From Pseudomonadota bacterium (lineage in GTDB: Archaea > Thermoplasmatota > SW-10-69-26 > JACQPN01 > JAJPHT01), in the NCBI GenBank assembly GCA_021325135.1, contig JAJPHT010000006.1, positions 1,034 to 65,033 on the forward strand: a stretch of 64,000 nucleotides of DNA, written 5' to 3'. The notes below the pieces were generated by a model. The model worked only from the letters and a program-made list of their open reading frames with translations. It was not told the DNA's origin and ran no database searches. Shown here piece by piece: positions 53,567 through 60,412 of this stretch (its first letter is position 1; each line of letters begins with the position of its first letter). The position numbers and the translations under genes were made by a program.

Positions 53567-53651
53567 GGGGGGTTCAGGGGGCGAAGCCCCCTGACGTCCC
53601 GTCTTCTCCCCCCGCGATCAAAGCCTCAGGGGGCTTCGCCCCCTGAAACCC
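53567..53651. repeat. double-hairpin palindromic element, copy 1
   Basis: The left unit is ggggggttcagggggcgaagccccctgacgtc. The right unit, cctcagggggcttcgccccctgaaaccc, is its inverted copy 25 nt away. Located between convergent sdhB and a wHTH gene. A near-identical element lies at 62665-62756. Confidence 0.75.
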
Positions 53652-54154
53652 GCGGGAGGGCTCGCACTCCCCCACTCCGGGCACGTCGCGCCCGCGCGCG
53701 CCTTGGCGACGCACGTCGCGGCGCCCGGGGCGAGCATGGCGCGCCCCGTGGGCGAGCGCTGCGCGAGGCCGATGCGCCGGAGCACCTCGAAGGCCCAGCG
53801 CGCCTCGCCGCGGGGCAGCCGCGTCGCGTCGGCGAGCATGCCGATGGTGCTGGGCGTCTCCTGGAGCGCGGCCGCGACGGCGGCGACGCCGGGCCGGCGG
53901 AACGCGGGCGCGGCGCGCCGGAGCACGGGGCAGAGGTCGCAGCCGACGTTGAACCAGGCGCGCTCGCGCCCGGTCGCGTCCAGCGTCACGCGCGCCGCGC
54001 GGCGGAGCCGGCGCAGGTGGTAGTCCGCGGTCGACGGGTCGACGCCCAGGTGCTGGGCGACCATGCGCGTGCTGGCGCCGGGCGTCTTCGCGAGGTAACG
54101 GTGGATGCGCTGCCGGATGTCCATGGGGAGGCGCGTGGGCCTCGCGGGTCCCAA
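53618..54154 (-). CDS. tandem winged-helix (ArsR-like) transcriptional regulator
   Basis: IRQRIHRYLAKTPGASTRMVAQHLGVDPSTADYHLRRLRRAARV, plus a second wHTH-like unit LQETPSTIGMLADATRLPRGEARWAFEVLRRIGLA. The alternative start is MDIRQ at 54124. The 3' end runs into the palindromic element. Confidence 0.65.
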   Translation of the reverse strand: MGPARPTRLPMDIRQRIHRYLAKTPGASTRMVAQHLGVDPSTADYHLRRLRRAARVTLDATGRERAWFNVGCDLCPVLRRAAPAFRRPGVAAVAAALQETPSTIGMLADATRLPRGEARWAFEVLRRIGLAQRSPTGRAMLAPGAATCVAKARAGATCPEWGSASPPAGFRGRSPLRL

Positions 54155-54294
54155 GCTCTGCCCCGCTTGTCACGACGCTCCGCGACGCGTCCATCCCTGG
54201 GGGAAAACCGTTATCACCCGGGTGAGTTACAACGTGCTGCCCCGTCTGCGCGGGGCGACGCGGGCAAGCCGTCGGCTGAAGGAGGCAACGGCAG

Positions 54295-54771
54295 TTGATC
54301 TCGGCATTCCTCGTCCTGTACACCCGGCTTGACGACGCGCGCGTGCTCGATCACGGGCTGCGGCGCGCCATCGTGCGCTGCGTGCGCGAGCGCCCCGGCC
54401 TCACGGTCGCGGAGCTGGCGCGCGTGAACGGCGTCGACCCGAAGACGATGACGCACCACCTGCGCGTGCTCGCGCGGGCCGGCTGGCTCCAGCCGCTCCC
54501 CCAGGGGCGCGGGCGGCTCTGGTTCCTCCCCGGCGACACGCGCGAGCCCGCGCCGGCCCCGCGCGTCGTGCGCGCGCTCCATGCGCTGCGCGGGGGCGCG
54601 GCGACGCCCGCCGCGCTGGCGCGCGCCCTGGGCGTGCCCCGCGGCACGGCGGGGGGCCTGCTCGAAGGGCTCGCGCGCCTGGGGCTCGCGCGCCGCGGCG
54701 AGTCCGGATGGAGCGTCTCCGCCAAGGGGGACGAAGCCTTATGTCAAGAGGCCGGCCTCGGCGACACGTGA
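54295..54771 (+). CDS. tandem winged-helix (ArsR-like) transcriptional regulator
   Basis: RRAIVRCVRERPGLTVAELARVNGVDPKTMTHHLRVLARAGWL and a second unit GGAATPAALARALGVPRGTAGGLLEGLARLGLA. TTG start; divergent from the previous paralogue. Confidence 0.65.
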   Translation: MISAFLVLYTRLDDARVLDHGLRRAIVRCVRERPGLTVAELARVNGVDPKTMTHHLRVLARAGWLQPLPQGRGRLWFLPGDTREPAPAPRVVRALHALRGGAATPAALARALGVPRGTAGGLLEGLARLGLARRGESGWSVSAKGDEALCQEAGLGDT

Positions 54772-55637
54772 ACGCCGAGGACGCGCTGGAGCTTCGCCCC
54801 ATGGCGGAGGGGGACCTGGCCGACCTGCTCGCCTTCGCGCACGCGCAGGGGCGCAACGTCCACCGCGAGGAGTACGCGCGCTTCCTCGCCCTGGAAGGCG
54901 CGCGCGGCTTCGTGCTGCGCCAGCAGGGCTCGCTCGCGGGCGCCATCACGGCAATCCGCTACTTCGAGCACGGCTTCCTGGGCCCGGTGCTCGCGCCCGG
55001 CGGCGCGGACGGCCTCGCCATCGCGCTCCTGGCGCACGCCATCGAAGGCCTTCAGCGCGGCGGCGCGAGCCTCCTGGAGGCCGAGGCCACGGAGGAGGAG
55101 CGCGCGATCCTCGCCCGCATGGGGTTCCACGCCCTCCGCAGCACGCTGGTCCTGGAGCGGCCCGCGGGCGCGGGGAGCGGCGCGGCGACGCGCACGGAGC
55201 GGCTCGGCCCGGGCGACTTCCTGGACCTGGGCGCGCTGGACGCCGCGGCGGTGGGCTACGGGCGCAAGGAGTTCCTCTACGCGCTCATGCAGGACTACCC
55301 CGAGGGCGCGCGCGTCGTGCGCGGCGGGGGCGACGTCCACGGCTACGCCTTCCTGCGCCGCTCGCGCCGGGGCTATCACCTGGGGCCCCTGGTCACGCGC
55401 GAAGGCGACCTGGAGTCCGCCCGCGCGCTCCTCTCCGACGCGGCGGCGCTCGCTGCGGGGTGGCCCCTGGTGGCGCTGGCGCCGGAGGAGAGCCCCCTGG
55501 TGGGCGCGCTCTCGGAGGCCGGGTTCGCCCCCGTGGGGCGGCTCACGCGCATGCGCGCGGGCGCGCCGGGCCGCGAGGTCGCGGGCGACGCCACGCGGGC
55601 CACCGAGTGGCTCGTCGGGTCGCGCATCACCGGATAG
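54768..55637 (+). CDS. GNAT-family acetyltransferase-like protein (two-lobed)
   Basis: The GTG overlaps the upstream stop (GTGA). LELRPMAEGDLADLLAF...GAITAIRY...GLAIALLAHAI has GNAT-like layout, and a second lobe resembles a C-terminal GNAT-associated domain. Confidence 0.55.
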   Translation: MNAEDALELRPMAEGDLADLLAFAHAQGRNVHREEYARFLALEGARGFVLRQQGSLAGAITAIRYFEHGFLGPVLAPGGADGLAIALLAHAIEGLQRGGASLLEAEATEEERAILARMGFHALRSTLVLERPAGAGSGAATRTERLGPGDFLDLGALDAAAVGYGRKEFLYALMQDYPEGARVVRGGGDVHGYAFLRRSRRGYHLGPLVTREGDLESARALLSDAAALAAGWPLVALAPEESPLVGALSEAGFAPVGRLTRMRAGAPGREVAGDATRATEWLVGSRITG

Positions 55638-55668
55638 GCTCAAGCGGACCCCCCGCGCTGCGGACCGC

Positions 55669-56142
55669 ATGGAGGAGCCGGTGGCGCGCGGCGCGTTCGT
55701 CCTCGCCGGGCATCGCCACGCCGTGAGCATGGCCGCCCTCGCGAAGGAGTGCTCGGGCATGCTGCGCGCGCTGCGCGCCGAGACGGGCGCGCCCCCCGCG
55801 GAGGCGGACTTCCTCGTCCTCCTCGTGGAGGAGGGGAAGGACCCGCGCGACGCCGCTCTCCCCGATCTCAAGGACCGCGCCGCGGCCGCGCTGGGGTTCT
55901 CCCACGGAGAGTCCGACGCCGAGGCGCGCGCCGTGGTCGCGGCCGCCCGGAGGCATCTGCGCGCGCACGGCGCGAGCCTCGGAGCGCGAGAGCTGGTCTT
56001 CCGCCCCGGCGATTTCGGCCACCTGGGCCTGGAGAGCGACGGCCTCCGCGAGCGCCTGGAGGTGCTGCTGCGGGCCCTCGTGCTTGACGCCGAGCGCCTG
56101 CGCCTGAAGCGCGAAGGCTGGGAAGAGCCCGAGCCGCGCTGA
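55669..56142 (+). CDS. hypothetical protein (157 aa)
   Basis: ATG-initiated ORF filling the gap between the GNAT and BNR genes. Alpha-helical, Arg/Glu/Ala-rich. No family recognised. Confidence 0.4.
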   Translation: MEEPVARGAFVLAGHRHAVSMAALAKECSGMLRALRAETGAPPAEADFLVLLVEEGKDPRDAALPDLKDRAAAALGFSHGESDAEARAVVAAARRHLRAHGASLGARELVFRPGDFGHLGLESDGLRERLEVLLRALVLDAERLRLKREGWEEPEPR

Positions 56143-56203
56143 CAACGCCCGCACAGGAAACGCTTTAGGCCGCCCGCCGGGCTCGGACCCCTGAGGGAAG
56201 GCT

Positions 56204-57550
56204 TTGTCGCGCCACTCCATCCTCGCGGTCGCTCTCGTGCTCGTGGGCGCCGCCGTCGCGGGCTGCGTCTCGCAGACCCCCGCGGACGTCAAGCAGGCCT
56301 CGGCCTCGCTCCCGGACCTCACGAAGCCCGTCTTCGCCGCGACGAAGCTCCTGGACACCGTGCGCGCGGGCGGAGAGCCCGTCATCGCCATCACGCCCAA
56401 GGGGACCATCCTCGTGGGCGCGCACCCGGGCTGGACGCACACGCGCTACCCGCCCTCGCCCAACCTCGTCGAGCCCGCCACGGGGCAGAGCTACATGTGG
56501 CGCAGCACCGACAACGGCACCACCTTCGCCCCCGTGGGCCTCCCCGGCGCCAACGGCGTGGGCCCCCGCGGCATCGGCCAGGGCGTCAGCGACCCCGACT
56601 TCGCCATCGACAAGAACGGGCGCATCTACTTCACCGACCTCGAAGGGCTCGCCAGCGCGTCCGTCTCGTGGAGCGACGACGACGGCCAGACGTGGCTCAT
56701 GGGCAACGACGTGGCGGCGTCCTTCGGCGGCGGGCCCATCGACCGCAACTGGCTCGCGGCGCAGGGCACGGACGTCTACTTCGAGGGCAACTACTTCCAG
56801 AACGGCGAGCAGATCCTCAAGTCCACCGACGGCGGCATCACCTGGAGCGTCGTGGGCCAGCCCCCCTGCGAGCAGCAGTTCGTCGTGCCCCAGCCCAAGA
56901 CGATCCTCGTGGGCTGCCCCACCGGCATGGCGGTGAGCACGGACGACGGCGCGCACTTCGAGCCGCGCCTGGTCCCCGGCGCCAAGGCCGAGAGCCGCGG
57001 CATGTCGCTCCCCGCCCTGGACGCCGCGGGCAACGTCTACGTCACGTGGGCCGCGGCGGACGGCATCTACGTCGCGGGCACCCGCGACCTGGGCAAGACC
57101 TGGAGCCACCCCATCAACCTCGCCAAGGCCGGCGGCCTCACCGGCACCAACGTGTGGCCCTGGGTCGTGGCGGGCGACGCGGGCCGCGTCGCGGTGCTCT
57201 GGTACGGCACCAACGCCACGGGCGGCCCTGCCAACGCGACGGGCGACTGGTTCGTCTACGAGGCCACCGTCCTCGATGCCATGAACGACACGGCGCAGGT
57301 GTCGGCCACGCAGGTCACGCCCAAGCCCATCTTCCAGGGGCACATCTGCCAGAACGGCACGACGTGCCAGGCCGACCCCTCCCCCGCGGGCGACCGCCGC
57401 CTGGGCGACTTCTTCGAGGCCGCCGTGGACGCGCAGGGCTACGTGCACGTCGTCTACGCCGTGGCCCTGGGGGACAGCATCAGCCACCCCGGCTACAGCA
57501 AGCAGACGGGCGGCATCCCCCTGAAGGCGCCCTCGTCTGCCAACGGCTGA
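56204..57550 (+). CDS. BNR/sialidase-like beta-propeller lipobox protein
   Basis: TTG start and ILAVALVLVGAAVAGC lipobox. There are five S-x-D-x-G-x-T-W/F repeats: STDNGTTF, SDDDGQTW, STDGGITW, STDDGAHF, RDLGKTW. Confidence 0.8.
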   Translation: MSRHSILAVALVLVGAAVAGCVSQTPADVKQASASLPDLTKPVFAATKLLDTVRAGGEPVIAITPKGTILVGAHPGWTHTRYPPSPNLVEPATGQSYMWRSTDNGTTFAPVGLPGANGVGPRGIGQGVSDPDFAIDKNGRIYFTDLEGLASASVSWSDDDGQTWLMGNDVAASFGGGPIDRNWLAAQGTDVYFEGNYFQNGEQILKSTDGGITWSVVGQPPCEQQFVVPQPKTILVGCPTGMAVSTDDGAHFEPRLVPGAKAESRGMSLPALDAAGNVYVTWAAADGIYVAGTRDLGKTWSHPINLAKAGGLTGTNVWPWVVAGDAGRVAVLWYGTNATGGPANATGDWFVYEATVLDAMNDTAQVSATQVTPKPIFQGHICQNGTTCQADPSPAGDRRLGDFFEAAVDAQGYVHVVYAVALGDSISHPGYSKQTGGIPLKAPSSANG

Positions 57551-57593
57551 CAAACATCCCATCTTGGTGCGGGACGGAGACAGAGGGTTCGTT

Positions 57594-57680
57594 CCCGGCG
57601 GCTCCCGCAAGCCTCCAAGCCTCCCAACAGCCTCCGTTCTCTCACAGCCTCCTGTGGGTCGCCGGGATTCATTCTCCACC
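57594..57680 (+). repeat. CCTCC-rich structured repeat, copy 1
   Basis: cccggcggctcccgcaagcctccaagcctcccaacagcctccgttctctcacagcctcc...cgccggg. The 33-nt core at 57608-57640 is identical to 59008-59040. The flanks cccggcg/cgccggg can pair. Confidence 0.75.
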
Positions 57681-57701
57681 GCCAAGCTCTCCAGCGACCG
57701 C

Positions 57702-57707
57702 TTTAAG
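57702..57707 (+). promoter_or_regulatory. putative TATA-like box for the PAS-V4R gene (leaderless spacing)
   Basis: TTTAAG lies about 28 nt upstream of the ATG at 57732. Confidence 0.3.
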
Positions 57708-57731
57708 GCCCGTCCGGACAAAGCAGGGTGC

Positions 57732-58946
57732 ATGGTGGCGCCGCCGTCCTCGCCTCTCGACGAGCACGACCTCCATCGCATCGTCTTCGCGGCGCAGAGC
57801 GACCTGGGCGAAGGCATCCTCGTCGTCGACCGCACGCGCGTCGTGTACGCCAACGACGCGTACTGCCGCATCGTGGGCCGCACGCGCGAGGAGGTCCAGG
57901 GGTTGGCCAGCCTCCTCGACATCGTCGTCCCCGAGGATCGCCAGGCGATCTACGAGCGCGAGATGCGCCGCGGCCGGGGCGAGGACGTGCCCCTCTTCTA
58001 CGAGACGACCATCGTGCGCCCTGACGGCACGCGCGTCCCCATCGAGATCGGCCTGCGCCCCGCCGCGGGCGACGTGCCGGGGCGCTACGTGAGCGTCGTG
58101 CGCGACGTCACCTCGCGAAGGGCCAGCGAGGCCGCGCTGCGGGAGACCGAGGAGCGCTTCCGCCGCGCCTTCAGCGACGCCGCGACGGGCATGGCCATCT
58201 ACGACACCCAGGGGCGCTTCCAGCGCGTGAACCAGGCGCTCTGCGACCTCCTGGGTTACAACGAGGAGGAGATGCTCAAGCTCACCTACCGCGAGGTCAC
58301 GCACCCGGAGGACCTGGAGGCCCTCGTCGCGCTGGGCCGCCAGTTCATCAGCGCCAGCGCGACGGACTCCGTGCGCTTCGAGCGCCGCTACCGGCGCAAG
58401 GACGGCGCCACCGTGTGGGCGCACGTCAACAGCAGCCCCATCCTGGACGACCAGAAGAGGACCCTCTACTACGTGACGCACATCTTCGACATCTCCGCGC
58501 GCAAGGCCGCGGAGGACCTCACGCGCAAGGACCAGGTGAGCCGCCGCGTCGTGCGCCACATCCTGCGCGACATCTCGGACCGGCCCTCGACGAGCACCGC
58601 GATCCGCCGCGACCTGGGCCGCAGCCTCGCGGGCGAGACGTCCGAGGAGACGATCAAGGGGTGCCTGGACTTCTTCGGCTCCCTGGGGATCGGCGCCCTG
58701 GAGGTGGAGAGCGGCGAAGGGGACCGCTACTCCATCCGGGGGCGGGACCTCCTGGAGATGACGCCCGGGGCCGGGGTCCCCACGTGCCACATCGCCTTGG
58801 GCTTCCTGGAGGGGTGCGTCGCCCGGCTCCACGGCGGGAACGCCCTGGGCGCCGAGTTGTCCTGCCAGAGCACGGGGCAGGAGGCGTGCCGGTTCGTGGT
58901 CCACGCCCGGGCCGCCCCTGGGGAGAAGTTGTCTGGTCGATCCTGA
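57732..58946 (+). CDS. PAS-PAS-V4R sensor protein (no recognisable output domain)
   Basis: Two PAS-like units (ILVVDRTRVVYANDAYCRIVGRTREE and MAIYDTQGRFQRVNQALCDLLGYNEEE...HPEDLE...E.RYRRKDG...W). The C-terminal V4R-like segment reads TCHIALGFLEGCV...LSCQSTGQEACRFVV. Confidence 0.75.
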   Translation: MVAPPSSPLDEHDLHRIVFAAQSDLGEGILVVDRTRVVYANDAYCRIVGRTREEVQGLASLLDIVVPEDRQAIYEREMRRGRGEDVPLFYETTIVRPDGTRVPIEIGLRPAAGDVPGRYVSVVRDVTSRRASEAALRETEERFRRAFSDAATGMAIYDTQGRFQRVNQALCDLLGYNEEEMLKLTYREVTHPEDLEALVALGRQFISASATDSVRFERRYRRKDGATVWAHVNSSPILDDQKRTLYYVTHIFDISARKAAEDLTRKDQVSRRVVRHILRDISDRPSTSTAIRRDLGRSLAGETSEETIKGCLDFFGSLGIGALEVESGEGDRYSIRGRDLLEMTPGAGVPTCHIALGFLEGCVARLHGGNALGAELSCQSTGQEACRFVVHARAAPGEKLSGRS

Positions 58947-58992
58947 CAAGCATCGTACCATGCCCGCCGGCGCCCCCTGGAGGGATGGAGAA

Positions 58993-59082
58993 CCCGGCGG
59001 CTTCCGACAAGCCTCCAAGCCTCCCAACAGCCTCCGTTCTACAGCCTCCCAACAGACGGAGCCGCCGGGTTTGCTCTCCACC
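58993..59082 (+). repeat. CCTCC-rich structured repeat, copy 2
   Basis: aacccggcggcttccgacaagcctccaagcctcccaacagcctccgttctacagcctcccaacagacggagccgccgggtt. The terminal 12-nt arms are perfectly complementary. Confidence 0.75.
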
Positions 59083-59186
59083 AAGGTCTTCCGAACGCCC
59101 GCGGGCTTCCGCGGGACTCCTTCTCCATAGACCTACGGAGAATCCAACGCGATGCTCCATAGGCTCCGGACGACAAAGCTGGGGCG

Positions 59187-59843
59187 ATGATGAACCGAAC
59201 CATGGACCCGACCCTGGAGGTCGCGGTCAAGACGGCCGGACCTGCGGGCCGGCCCCCCCGCCCCAACCTGCGCATCGCGGTGGACTTCGACGGAGTCCTC
59301 TTCGACCACATCCCCTACCTCCTGCGCGGCTTCCGCGACGCGCACGGCATCGACCTGGCCGCGGAGGGGCTGCGCCACTGGGACTTCTTCCAGTACCGCG
59401 CCGTCCGCGAGCGCAACCTGAGCTGGAACGCCGTGAAGACGGTCCTGGAGCGCATCGACCAGGACCCCGTGCTGCACGACTGCGACGCGCGCGACCCCGA
59501 CGCGGCCGACGTGATCGCCTCCTGGCGCGCGCAGGGGCACCAGGTCAGCGTCGTCACGGCGCGCGAGCCCGGAGCCCGCGCCACCACCGAGGCGTTCCTC
59601 GCCCGCAACGGCATCCGCGTGGACGAGGTCGTCATGGGCGCGCGCCTCAAGACGGGCTACGACGTGCTCGTCGACGACGCGCCGCACAACGTCCTCATGG
59701 CGGCGGCCGACGGCGGCCTGGCCCTCCTCATGGACCACCCCTACAACCGCGACGTGCCCAGCAAGAGGAACCCGCTGCGCGTGCGCCGCTGGCGCGAGAT
59801 CGAGCCCATCGTCGCGGGCCTCGCCCTGGAGGCCGCCGCGTGA
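59187..59843 (+). CDS. HAD-superfamily 5'(3')-deoxyribonucleotidase-like phosphatase
   Basis: IAVDFDGVLFDH (DxDxV/T motif I), VVTAR and VLVDDAPHN. Several alternative ATG starts lie at 59190 and 59202. Confidence 0.65.
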   Translation: MMNRTMDPTLEVAVKTAGPAGRPPRPNLRIAVDFDGVLFDHIPYLLRGFRDAHGIDLAAEGLRHWDFFQYRAVRERNLSWNAVKTVLERIDQDPVLHDCDARDPDAADVIASWRAQGHQVSVVTAREPGARATTEAFLARNGIRVDEVVMGARLKTGYDVLVDDAPHNVLMAAADGGLALLMDHPYNRDVPSKRNPLRVRRWREIEPIVAGLALEAAA

Positions 59844-60121
59844 GCGCCTGGTGGGCCTACGCGGGCGCGGCGCTCCTTGTGGCCGCGACCCTCCCCCAGG
59901 CGGCCCGCCTCGTGCGGACGCGCCGCGCCGACGACCTCACGTGGGGGTTCGTGGCCTTGAACGCCGGGGGCATCGCGCTCCTGGGCCTGCGCAGCGCGGA
60001 GATCGGCGAGTGGGGGTTCGTCGCGGTGAACGCCAGCACGGCGGCCTTCTGGCTGCTGGTGGCAGGAATCAAGGCGTGGCCCCACGCCACAGAGAAGAGA
60101 AGTGCGGGTGTCGAGATTTGA
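59840..60121 (+). CDS. PQ-loop/SemiSWEET-like three-TM protein
   Basis: 93 aa with three helices and a TLPQAARLVRTRRADDL PQ-loop motif. The GTGA overlaps the upstream gene. The last 19 nt overlap tRNA-Gly on the other strand. Confidence 0.55.
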   Translation: MSAWWAYAGAALLVAATLPQAARLVRTRRADDLTWGFVALNAGGIALLGLRSAEIGEWGFVAVNASTAAFWLLVAGIKAWPHATEKRSAGVEI

Positions 60122-60176
60122 ACTCGAGCAGCAACGTTGGCAACGTTGTGTACTAGCCAGGCTATACTACACCCGC
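60103..60176 (-). tRNA. tRNA-Gly (anticodon GCC)
   Basis: The reverse complement folds by hand. The acceptor is GCGGGTG/CACCCGC and the D stem GTAT/GTAC. The anticodon stem CAACG/CGTTG carries loop TTGCCAA. The T arm is TCGAG-TTCAAAT-CTCGA and the discriminator is A. No CCA is encoded. Confidence 0.85.
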
Positions 60177-60309
60177 GGATGCGAGCCCCCCTCAGGAAGG
60201 GTGGCAACCCTCGAATGCAGAACCCCTATTTGACGATTTCTTGGGCCAGAACGAGGCCCCTCCCGCGCGCCACGCGGCTTCATGCCGGGCACCCTCCATC
60301 GTGCATCCC

Positions 60310-60394
60310 GCAGGAGTACTCAAGCCCGGCCAACGAGGCGCGACTTAAGATCGTGTCCTGAAGAGGTTCCCCGGTTCGAATCCGGGCTCCTGCA
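60310..60394 (+). tRNA. tRNA-Leu (anticodon TAA), long variable arm
   Basis: The acceptor is GCAGGAG/CTCCTGC. The anticodon stem CGCGA/TCGTG carries loop CTTAAGA. It has a long variable arm. The T arm is CCCGG-TTCGAAT-CCGGG and the discriminator is A. Confidence 0.85.
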
Positions 60395-60412
60395 CTCGCG
60401 CGCCAGCGCGAG

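Noticed and set aside
59098-59116. Short perfect hairpin cccgcgg-gcttc-ccgcggg downstream of repeat copy 2.
   Set aside because: A 7-bp GC stem is expected by chance in this composition, and there is no second copy at the equivalent position after repeat copy 1.
60177-60412. Possible integrated element or attachment site next to the two tRNA genes.
   Set aside because: No integrase, transposase or duplicated tRNA 3' segment is visible. The flanking genes (histidine kinase, PQ-loop protein) look chromosomal.
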